From the NCBI RefSeq assembly GCF_006345805.1, contig NW_021827015.1, positions 1-11,271 of the forward strand: 11,271 nt of DNA, given 5' to 3'. The notes below the pieces were generated by a model that worked only from the letters and a program-made list of their open reading frames with translations, ran no database searches and was not told the DNA's origin. This document shows positions 1-8,707 of this stretch, piece by piece; within the stretch, counting starts at the first letter, position 1, and each line of letters starts with the position of its first letter. Both the position numbers and the translations under genes were made by a program. Source of the DNA: Octopus sinensis (Eukaryota).

Positions 1-302
1 CTATAGCCCCGGGCCGACCAATGCCTTGTGAGTGGATTTGGTAGACGGAAACTGAAAGAAGCCCGTCGTATATATGTATATATATGTGTGTGCTTGTGTG
101 TCTGTGTTTGTCCCCCTAGCATTGCTTGATAACCGATGCCGTGTGTTTATGTCCCGTTACTATAGCGGTTCGGCAAAGAGACCGATAGAATAAGTACTGG
201 GCCTTACAAAAAGAATAAGTCCGGGGTCGAGCTGCTCGATTAAAAGGCGGTGCTCCAGCATGGCCGCAGTCAAATGACTGAAACAAGTAAAAGAGTAAAA
301 GA
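1..302 (+). mobile_element. SINE family A, 3' portion (head presumably lies before the window start); internal (TA)/(TG) microsatellite; tail with CAGTC-AAAT-GACTG hairpin and (GTAAAAGA)x2
   Basis: Seen: internal TA/TG run ~69-110, hairpin 267-280, tandem GTAAAAGA at 287-294 and 295-302, a module shared with the SINE at 8393-8612, and a tail shared with 4462-4519. Recognised from memory as an abundant octopus tRNA-derived SINE (OR-type/CORE-SINE-like); family name not verified. Confidence 0.75.
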
Positions 303-303
303 A

Positions 304-429
304 TATATGGATGAATTAAAGATCTTCTGGAAGGCCGAACGTGAAATAAAGGGCCTGATCTTAACAGTCCTGATGTTCACTAAGGATTTTGGGATGGAAT
401 TTGGGACTAAAATCTGTGGCATGGTGTTG
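304..429 (+). pseudogene. Diverged R4/Dong-clade reverse transcriptase remnant (catalytic motif and downstream domains)
   Basis: Frame of ORF 250..486 reads YMDELKIFWKAEREIKGLILTVLMFTKDFGMEFGTKICGMVL. This matches the R4/Dong pattern YMDDLKL..K....L..L...V..FS.DIGMEFG..KC, with the catalytic YMDD changed to YMDE. Confidence 0.65.
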
Positions 430-578
430 AGTCTCGTCGACACTTTTATGTCGTTCTATGAACTCACTGCATTTGCCATTTTATAACGTTGACTTATAAC
501 AAGGTCATAACAATACAAATATAAACCAGAAACAACACGTAACAAACAATATATCTTCTCAAAGACTTCTACGACTGA

Positions 579-700
579 ATTTACATTATTTACATTATTT
601 ACATTTGACTGATATTTGTCCTCATCTTGTTTGTTGTTAACACAACGTTTCGGGTGATATACCCTCCAGCTTTCATCAGGTGTGTTGGGGAAATTTCGAA
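579..700 (-). mobile_element. Penelope-like element terminal (pLTR-type) segment containing a hammerhead-like motif, ending in 3 x 9-bp repeats
   Basis: Minus strand reads ACAC-CTGATGA-A-AGCTG-GAGGGTATAT-CACCC-GAAA-CGTT-GTGT (683->640). ATTTACATT x3 at 579-605. CTGANGA...GAAACGT motifs are typical of PLE pLTRs (established). Boundaries approximate. Confidence 0.5.
640..683 (-). ncRNA. Degenerate minimal type I hammerhead ribozyme motif
   Basis: Core CUGAUGA (679-673) and GAAA (651-648); palindromic AACGUU stem III with GUU triplet (646-644); 4-bp stem I ACAC/GUGU; stem II only 3/5 paired. Confidence 0.45.
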
Positions 701-822
701 CCTGGGTTTTCACTCCTAAGGTATTTTTCGATATTATTACGTAAAAACGTAGATTCGACAAAGTAGCCCAAAATCTCCACTAGCTACTACGCCGTAAGTA
801 TGGATATGAGGTTACGGGTGCT

Positions 823-1081
823 AAACACCATCCTAATTTCCGGCACGTTGACAAGAGTAAATCACTAAGCTAACCAGCTATATATGGGGTATGACGGTCA
901 AATGCACGCCACGTGCAATTAAGTGGAGAATCGTGGAGAAATACATGCGGAAATGGAACTTATCGTAGCTGAAAAATCACACATTTTATTTAAATCCAAG
1001 TAGTCCACTACATTGCTTAATTCTAGATCCGAGATTCCCAACAAATGCTAGCATATGCGAAAATATCTATTGGGGAACTGA
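823..1081 (+). pseudogene. Penelope-like element GIY-YIG endonuclease C-terminal remnant
   Basis: Manual translation across two frameshifts: KHHPNFRHVDKSKS / TKLTSYIWGMTVKCTPRAIKWRIVEKYMRKWNL / VAEKSHILFKSK*STTLLNSRSEIPNKC*HMRKYLLGN*. This matches the PLE endonuclease pattern H...F.H....T.LS.YIW...IKW.I...C.LC..EK..IL...LLN.RSEI..KC.H..K.LL. Not in the ORF track because of stops and frameshifts. Confidence 0.75.
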
Positions 1082-1255
1082 ATGGCGCCATCCTCTCCAT
1101 ATTTCGTTTTGGGATTTGCTTTGCAAGATTCTTTATATGAGAATTATGTTTTAGGAAAATAAAAATAAGAAATAAGTGGAAATTTTACTGGTGAGTGTGT
1201 GAGGCACCAAATGACTCTCTCCAGACCAAGCAGTATATAAATATATATATATATG

Positions 1256-1574
1256 AAAGGTGTAAGGAACCCTTTTGGTGATAAATAACCATGGGATTGC
1301 ACCTCGAAAGTTCCCCTCCAAGACACAAGTCTTGTAGTCGCCCATGCATACCAGCCTCTCCTGTCTTCTCTATGCCATATTATCCAAGGGAAAGGCAAAT
1401 GCAGATACAGCTTGGAACCAGTAATGTCGCCACTCATTTCTACAACTGAGTGAACTGGAGCACCATGAAATAAAGAGTCTTGCTCAAAAACACAACGCGC
1501 AGCCGTTACGGGAATCGAACTCACTCTCTCATGATTGCGAGCCCGTCGCTCTAGCCACTGAACAACGCGCTTTC
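1256..1574 (-). mobile_element. SINE family B, near full-length tRNA-derived SINE
   Basis: Minus-strand head GAAAGCGCGTTGTTCAGTGGCTAGAGCG..., degenerate A box (1555-1565), canonical B box GTTCGATTC (1512-1520). Followed by a CORE/V-like block TTGAGCAAGACTCTTT...CTCCAGTTCACTCAGTTGTAGAAATG; 3' end runs into (TA)n at ~1235-1254. Confidence 0.75.
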
Positions 1575-1789
1575 ACTACAATCATAAATAAACATATATG
1601 AACATGTTTGTATACTTAAATAGAAAGATACGTAAATGGAATTCATAAATGCCCGTATAAGCATGCTCATATATATATATATATATTATATATCAGCACA
1701 TACAAGTGTATACTTAAGTTTGTATGCACAGAGATAGCGCACACAAATAGCTATAGAGTGATTCCTAATATATAAACAGCAAATATTAA

Positions 1790-1850
1790 CGATGTATATA
1801 CAGCATCATATATATAGATGCATGTACATATATGCGTGTGTGCATGTAAT

Positions 1851-1893
<43 letters not shown>

Positions 1894-2095
1894 GCCAAGA
1901 CATATACAATGTATGTGTATGTATAGATGTATGTATATATATATATGTATATGTATGTATAGATATATATACATATATATATAGAATCAATATATTGGAG
2001 ATATAACAACACACACTCTCTCTCTCTCTCATGCATATGTTATATAAGTACGCATGTATATATACGTATAATATATATATAAATATGAATACATG

Positions 2096-2135
<40 letters not shown>

Positions 2136-2169
2136 CAAGTATTTATATTTATTTATATGCATATACATA

Positions 2170-2212
<43 letters not shown>

Positions 2213-2526
2213 TATATATACACACATGTATACATATACACTAATATAATCCACCAATAAATATTAGATGTAGAAATATGCAATAAATACATATATACAT
2301 CTATAAAACAGCTATACACATACGCACACACAGAGACACACATATATACAGATATATAATATACATAAAGGTATATGTGTATATATATAATTATATATAT
2401 ATATATATACACTATATACCTTTATGTATGTATGTATGCATGTGTACGCATGTATGTGTTTGTGTATATATTTTTACGTGCACAAACACACACACACACC
2501 CACCTCTCTCCCCAGTATATATATAT
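1790..2526. repeat. Compound (TA)n/(CA)n/(TATG)n microsatellite field
   Basis: Directly visible alternating purine-pyrimidine runs, with a short (TC)n at ~2016-2030; source of the YIYI ORFs. Confidence 0.95.
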
Positions 2527-2630
2527 TAAATGAGATCCGTTGTATGTATAATAGGCAATGTTCAGTTACCGTGCAACTGCAGCCATCTATACGACTTACG
2601 TAACAACACATCATCAGCAGCAGCAGCATC

Positions 2631-2710
2631 ATTATTGTTATTATTATTATTATTTATTATTATTGTTATTATTATTATTATTATTATTATTGTTTTTAAT
2701 ATTATTATTA

Positions 2711-2742
<32 letters not shown>

Positions 2743-2872
2743 GTTATTATTATTGTTATTATTATCATTATTATTATTATTATTGTTATTATTATTATTA
2801 TCATTATTGGTATTATTATCATTATTATTATTGGTATTATTATTATTATTTTATTATTATTATTATCATTAC

Positions 2873-2950
<78 letters not shown>

Positions 2951-3013
2951 TTATTATTATTATTATTTATTATTATTATTATTATTATATATTATTATTA
3001 TTATTATCATTAC

Positions 3014-3062
<49 letters not shown>

Positions 3063-3111
3063 TATTATTATTATTATTATTTTATTATTTATTATTATTA
3101 TTATTATTATA

Positions 3112-3168
<57 letters not shown>

Positions 3169-3364
3169 GGCTATTATTATTATTATTATTATTATTATCA
3201 TTATTATTATTGCTATTATTATTATTATTATTATTGCTATTACATTATTATTATTATTATTATTATTATTGCTATTATTTTATTATTATTATTGCTATTA
3301 TTATTATTATTATTATTATTATCATTATTATTATTGCTGCTATTATTATTATTATTATTATTGC

Positions 3365-3404
<40 letters not shown>

Positions 3405-3406
3405 GC

Positions 3407-3451
<45 letters not shown>

Positions 3452-3466
3452 CATTATTATTATTGC

Positions 3467-3503
<37 letters not shown>

Positions 3504-3508
3504 GCTAG

Positions 3509-3545
<37 letters not shown>

Positions 3546-3589
3546 GCTATTATTATTATTATTATTATATTATTATTATTATTGCTTAG

Positions 3590-3623
<34 letters not shown>

Positions 3624-3630
3624 GCTATGA

Positions 3631-3693
<63 letters not shown>

Positions 3694-3722
3694 GCTATTA
3701 TTATTATTATTGTTGTTGTTGT
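2631..3722. repeat. ~1.1 kb (TTA)n microsatellite with TTG/TCA/CTA variants
   Basis: Directly visible; source of the poly-I/L/Y ORFs. Confidence 0.97.
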
Positions 3723-3800
3723 TTTTATTTGTATTGTTGTTGATGTCATCGTCAATAAGCACATTGATATCGTTGCATGTGACAAATAAAGAACTTGCAA

Positions 3801-4317
3801 CCACCACCACCACTATTACTACTACTATCACTACTACTACTACTACAACTACTTCTTATACTACCACTAGTGATAACATTATCAATAGTAGTAGCAATAT
3901 CATTATTATTGTTATTTGTAGTAGTAGTAGTAGTAGTATTAGTAGTAGTAGTAGTAGTCGTAGTAGTAGTAGTCGTAGCAGTGATGGTGTTGTGGTGCTG
4001 GTAGTGGTGGTAGTAATAGTAGTAGTAGGAGGAGGAGGAGCAGGTGTAATGGTGGTGATGGTGATGGTAGTAGTTGTAGTAGTAGTAGTAGCAGTAGTAT
4101 TAGCTGTAGTTGTGGTGGTGGTGTTAGTAGTATTAATTGTAGTAGTACTAGTAGTCGTTATGGTGGTGCTGGTTGTAGTAGTTGTTAGTAGTTGTGTTGT
4201 TGTGGTGGTGGTGGTAGTGGTATTATTATTATTATTATTAGTAGTAGTAGTAGTAGTAGTAGTAGAAATAGTAGTAGAAGTAGTATTAGTTGTAGTTGTT
4301 GTAGTAGTTGTTGTTGT

Positions 4318-4368
<51 letters not shown>
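3801..4368. repeat. Compound triplet array (CAC/TAC)n then (GTA/GTG/GGA)n, ending in perfect (GTA)16 at 4321-4368
   Basis: Directly visible. Confidence 0.93.
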
Positions 4369-4461
4369 ACACGTACGTACATCGCTGGCGATCTGTGTGT
4401 CTGTCTACTCTCATGAAACCGACAAAAATTTAAACCTCATCACTCCAGAGAAATGAAGAAT

Positions 4462-4519
4462 GGCGCTGCTCCAACATGGCCACGCCCTTTTTCTGGTCTG
4501 AAACACATAAAAGATTAAA
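4462..4519 (+). mobile_element. Orphan 3' tail related to SINE family A
   Basis: GGCGCTGCTCCAACATGGCCAC matches 246-267 at 19/22, and CTGAAACACATAAAAGATTAAA matches 278-299 at 19/22. Confidence 0.6.
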
Positions 4520-4677
4520 GCGTAACATAGACATCAATTTTCTAAGGTTATTTCACTTTCGTTTAAATAGCCATCGATCTATCCTTTTAATTTATCGATC
4601 TCCATCCTAGTCTTTCATTATGTTAAACGTTTTGACTGTGTCTGCGGCTTGAACTCATAAAGCCGGAATTATATAGG

Positions 4678-4732
4678 CTCTCTCTCTCCCTCTCTTTCTA
4701 TCTCTCTATCCCTCACTCTATCTACCTACCTC

Positions 4733-4809
<77 letters not shown>

Positions 4810-4887
4810 TTCTATCTATCTATTTCTATCTATCTCTCTAACTCCCTATCTCTCTATCTATCAATCACTAGCTATTTGTCTCTCTCT

Positions 4888-4963
<76 letters not shown>

Positions 4964-4979
4964 CTATCTATTTATCTAT

Positions 4980-5011
<32 letters not shown>

Positions 5012-5020
5012 TTATCTATG

Positions 5021-5075
<55 letters not shown>

Positions 5076-5084
5076 TTATCTATG

Positions 5085-5115
<31 letters not shown>

Positions 5116-5181
5116 TTATCTATGTATCTATCTATCTATCTATCTATCTATTTATCTATGTATCTATCTATCTATCTATCT
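4678..5181. repeat. (TC)n grading into a (TATC)n tetranucleotide array; left flank of the Tx1 element
   Basis: Directly visible; source of the YLSI ORFs. Confidence 0.96.
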
Positions 5182-5182
5182 A

Positions 5183-6070
5183 GGCTGGGCATGCCGTGGT
5201 TGATGATGCGCAGACCGCGCTGAGACTGCGACATCTCTGGCTCTATGTAGACGACGGTGAACAGGTGTGGTCGCCGTTTGTGAGGCACGCCTTCCCCGCA
5301 GCTCGTCTCCATGACCGAACTGCAGTCGTGGATCAAAAAGAGCCCGAGGAAGGGCGAAGGCACCGCGAGTGTCGCGTTGCTCTCAAGCAACTCTGCGTCC
5401 TGGGTCGACCTTAGTGACTTCAACACAACCAAAGCATTCTATAGGGGTTTAGTGGAGGGGAGGTACGACGACGAGCTCGGGGCGAACCTGGACGTCGACG
5501 AGGAGTACCTGACCCGCCTGTTCGGGACGACTTTCGGGCCAGGGCCCATGGACAACTTCCAGAGATCCCTGGCCTGGCAGTGCTACCGAGAAGCGCTACC
5601 CGTTCGGGATAAGCTCTACAGACACGGCTCGAGAAACACGGGGCCGACCTGCCCGAGATGCGGTTCAGAGCGACGAAACCGTTCTGCACGCACTCGTTCA
5701 GTTGTCCACAATTTCCGACTGTGGGCTTATGTCGAACAACTGCTGTCACGTGTGGGACGAGTCGGTTTATCAGCTGAGTCTATCGTCAATATTGTCACGC
5801 CTCCTTCCTTCAAACGGGAAGGAAGAGCTATTTTCATCATCCTTGTGGCTATGGCGAAAGAATGTATCTGGTGGACGCGTCTGAAAGGATTGGAGACAAC
5901 ACTTTCCTCTCTGGTCAATCTCTCATCAACTTCTTCAAGTACCACTTGAAAAGGAAAGTGAGAGTAGAGAGGCAAGTTTTTGTCTAGCGAATGTTTTAAA
6001 AAAAAGATGGGTGAATGTAGCAAGAATGGCACGTATGAATGACGAAGCCACCTTGAGCATAGTCCTATGA
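5183..6070 (+). pseudogene. Frameshifted Tx1/L1-type ORF2 C-terminal region with CCHC zinc knuckle (zf-RVT-like)
   Basis: Joined frames read [18 protein letters not shown]...WSPFV.../RSLAWQCYREALPVRDKLYRHG...CPRCG/QSDETVLHALVQ/C.../LWAYVEQLL...AKECIWWTRL.../FFKYHLKRKVRVERQV/...F../RWVNVARM...IVL*. C-x2-C...H-x4-C at 5650-5705; stop TGA at 6068-6070. About 8-9 single-base frameshifts inferred. Confidence 0.8.
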
Positions 6071-6465
6071 ACCCAGAAATCGAAACAGAGAGTTGCTTAT
6101 TTGCAAAAAAAAAAAAAAAAAAAGAAATATAAAATGTGACTTCATTGACCGAGGTTACCGTGGTCTTTTCCGCAGGCTTTTCTTTCCACGGGTAAACCTC
6201 ACCTGTCCTCCCCTTTACACTTCATATTGACATTTCTGTGATAACGATCCCTATTGATCATTTTTCCTCTCCTCCCCTTTTTTTTTTTTTTTTTTTTTTT
6301 TTAACCCCCCTTATTTTTGTCCTCTTTCTCTCCTTTTACGATCCCTTTTGATCGCCCTCTCCCTTCCCTTTTTTTTTTTTTTTTTTTTTTTAATACCTTC
6401 AAAAGAAAAGCTCTACCTTGTAATTTGTTCTATCTGTGTGCAGCCCTGTGTGGCTAATAAAGAAA
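5183..6465 (+). mobile_element. 5'-truncated Tx1/L1-clade non-LTR retrotransposon: ORF2 C-terminus plus ~400 bp 3' UTR ending ...GGCTAATAAAGAAA
   Basis: GC/CpG-rich island against AT-rich flanks; ORF2-like translation; UTR with A and T homopolymers; abrupt junctions to (TATC)n on both sides. Confidence 0.8.
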
Positions 6466-6466
6466 C

Positions 6467-6725
<259 letters not shown>

Positions 6726-6728
6726 TCA

Positions 6729-7732
6729 ATTTGCAGCGTATAGTTTTAGGTCATCCATATATAAAAGGTGGCTGATCGTTTTGCCGTAACATCTACATCT
6801 GCATCCAGTTCTATATAGCATATCAGATAGAGGTGACAGTGCCAAGCAGAAAAGGAGTGGAGAGAGCGTATCTCCCTGGAATATTCCTCTTCTAATGGGG
6901 AGGGCTTTGGTTTTCACAAGTCCCTCTTTTGTTTGGAGCTGTAACACTGTCTGCCATTTATTCATAGAGTGCCCCATGTATTTTATAATTGTTGGTGCTA
7001 CTTTGTTAAAGGCTAGTGTTTCGAGGATCCATGTGTGGGGGTTGCTATCAAACGCTTTTTTGTAGTCGATCCAGGCCATACTGAGACTTTTCTTCTCTCT
7101 GTGGCTGTCTTCAGTTATGGCTTTATTGATCATTAGTTGATCTTTACAGCCATATGAGCCTTGCGGCATCCTTTCTGCTCTTCTGGAAACAGGTTGTTTT
7201 CGTCCAGGTGTTTGTCCAACTTTTGTGATGTTACTGCAGTAAATGCTTTGTACATTGTGGGGAGACAGGTTACAGGTCTGTAGTTTTCTGGTTTTGCTGT
7301 CTCATTGGATTTGGAAATTAAAATGGTTTTCCCCTTCGTGAGCCATTCAGGCATTGTCTCTGGCTCTGCCAGTATGTTGTTAAAGTTTCCAGCCAGCTTT
7401 TTGTGTATTCCTGTCTGATATTTTAACCAGAAGTTGGGCGCCTTGTCGTACCCGGATGCCTTCCAGTTGCTTAGTCTTTGCAGTGCCTGGGTGACCTCTT
7501 CAGTTGTTATGGGGGTCCGAAGTTGCTCAGATGCTAAGTTTGTTGTTTTAATAGTCCTTTTCTGTGGTTGTTCTTTCGCCGACCATATTTCTTTCCATAA
7601 TTCTTCCACTTCTTCTGCCGTTAGTGCTGCAGTGATGTATATTTTATTTTTGCCAAGTTTTTGGTAGAACTTTTTGGGGGTTGGAGTTGAACTGTTTGTT
7701 TTGTTCAAAGAAACGTTGGCGTTTCTCATACC
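6729..7732 (-). pseudogene. R4/Dong-clade non-LTR retrotransposon RT fragment (RT domains 0-5), main part
   Basis: ORFs 7133..7750 and 6726..7169 give KKFYQKL, EEVEELWKEIW, NWKASGYD..NFWLK, NYRPVTCLPTMYK, EQKGCR/GSYGCKDQL, WIDYKKAFDS, RGIFQGDTLSPLLF and HLLYMDDLKLYA, which are hallmark R4/Dong motifs. +1 shift in the G5 run at 7676-7680 and -1 shift at ~7160. Truncated right after YMDD. Confidence 0.9.
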
Positions 7733-7901
7733 TATTTCTTTACTACCCACAAGGGGCTAAACACAGAAGGGACAAACAAGGACAGACAAACGGATTAAGT
7801 CGATTACATCGACCCTAGTGTGTAACTGGTACTTATTTAATCGAACCCGAAAGAATGAAAGGCAATTTGAACTCAGAACGTAGCGGCAGACGAAATACCG
7901 C
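7733..7901 (-). mobile_element. SINE family C, 5'-truncated copy with a 17-bp internal deletion, inserted into the R4/Dong ORF
   Basis: Reverse complement aligns to 8438-8612; lacks CCGCCGAGGTCGACTTT; intact B-box start GAGTTCAAATT; flanked by TACC at 7729-7732 and 7902-7905. Confidence 0.88.
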
Positions 7902-7905
7902 TACC

Positions 7906-8003
7906 GGCGGATCCTTTGTGCTTTGGCAAGGATATCTTGTCTTAGCTTTTCTTTTATCTCAGGTAAATCTTTTTCTGTACTGTTGTATTTGCACAGTATT
8001 TTT
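7906..8003 (-). pseudogene. R4/Dong ORF, upstream piece separated by the SINE
   Basis: Reads KILCKYNSTEKDLPEIKEKLRQDILAKAQRIRR and joins in frame to YEKRQRFFEQNKQF once 173 bp (SINE plus one TACC) are removed. Confidence 0.8.
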
Positions 8004-8118
8004 GTTATTATTATTATTATTATCATTGTTGTTGTTGTTGTTGTTGATATTATTATTATTATTATAATCATCATCATCATCATTATTATTATTATTATTT
8101 GTGGTAGTAGTAGTAGTA

Positions 8119-8153
<35 letters not shown>

Positions 8154-8370
8154 TAGTTGTAGTAGTAGGAGGAGGAGGAGGAGGAGGAGGAAGAGGAGGA
8201 GGTGGTGGTGGACGAGGAGGTGGGGAGGTGCCACAGCAGTAGTGGTAGTAGCAGTGCTGTGGTAATGATGACGATGATGATGATAACTCTCTTGATGATG
8301 AAGATGATGTCGGGGATGATGGTGACGGTTGTTTGTCATTGATGATGTGGATGCTGACGATCATCATCAT
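8004..8370. repeat. Compound triplet array (TTA/TTG/TCA)n-(GTA)n-(GGA/GGT)n-(GAT)n
   Basis: Directly visible. Confidence 0.93.
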
Positions 8371-8392
8371 GGAAAGGCTTGTTAATGTAAAC

Positions 8393-8612
8393 GGCGGTGA
8401 GCTGGCAGAATCGTTAGCGCGCCGGGCGAAATGCGTAGCGGTATTTCGTCTGCCGCTACGTTCTGAGATCAAATTCCGCCGAGGTCGACTTTGCCTTTCA
8501 TCCTTTCGGGGTCGATTAAATAAGTACCAGTTACGCACTGGGGTCGACGTAATCGACTTAATGTCCTTGTTTGTGACCTCTATGTTTAGCCCCTTGTGGG
8601 CAATAAAGAAAT
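8393..8612 (+). mobile_element. SINE family C, full-length tRNA-derived SINE with a 15-bp target site duplication
   Basis: Head GGCGG...CCGCC acceptor-like stem; A box TGGCAGAATCG (8403-8413); B box GATCAAATTC (8467-8476, T>A variant); central GCCTTTCATCCTTTCGGGGTCGATTAAATAAGTACCAG. TSD AAGGCTTGTTAATGT at 8374-8388 and 8613-8627. Confidence 0.9.
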
Positions 8613-8707
8613 AAGGCTTGTTAATGTTTGTGACGGTGGTGGTGTTGGCGGTGATGATGATGACGATGTTGAAGTTGGGGAGCGGTTGTGGCTGTGGTGG
8701 TATTTCT

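Noticed and set aside
1188-1217. Second hammerhead-like motif CTGGTGA-GTG...CAC-CAAA downstream of the Penelope endonuclease
   Set aside because: Two invariant core positions are wrong and there is no convincing stem I or III; could be a decayed pLTR ribozyme but is not supportable.
250-1524. ORFs 250..486, 456..761 and 1144..1524 as host genes
   Set aside because: Each is a chimera or read-through of SINE, R4 and Penelope fragments; no splice or codon evidence for a host exon.
4644-4668. Hairpin CGGCTT/AAGCCG enclosing a B-box-like TTGAACTC
   Set aside because: No matching A box or SINE body found; a short stem is expected by chance.
1751-5223. Long ORFs rich in I/Y/L/V/S (e.g. 2530..3630, 366 aa)
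   Set aside because: Direct translations of (TA)n, (TTA)n, (GTA)n and (TATC)n arrays; no domain content.
6729-7732. Bacterial RT system (group II intron, retron, DGR)
   Set aside because: Motifs (YMDDLKL, GIFQGDTLSP, NWKA.G.D...FWLK) are R4/Dong non-LTR type, and there is no prokaryotic gene context or template/variable repeat pair.
8393-8480. tRNA gene (also considered for 1500-1574)
   Set aside because: A and B boxes are present, but spacing and cloverleaf are aberrant and they continue into SINE bodies and tails; these are SINE heads.
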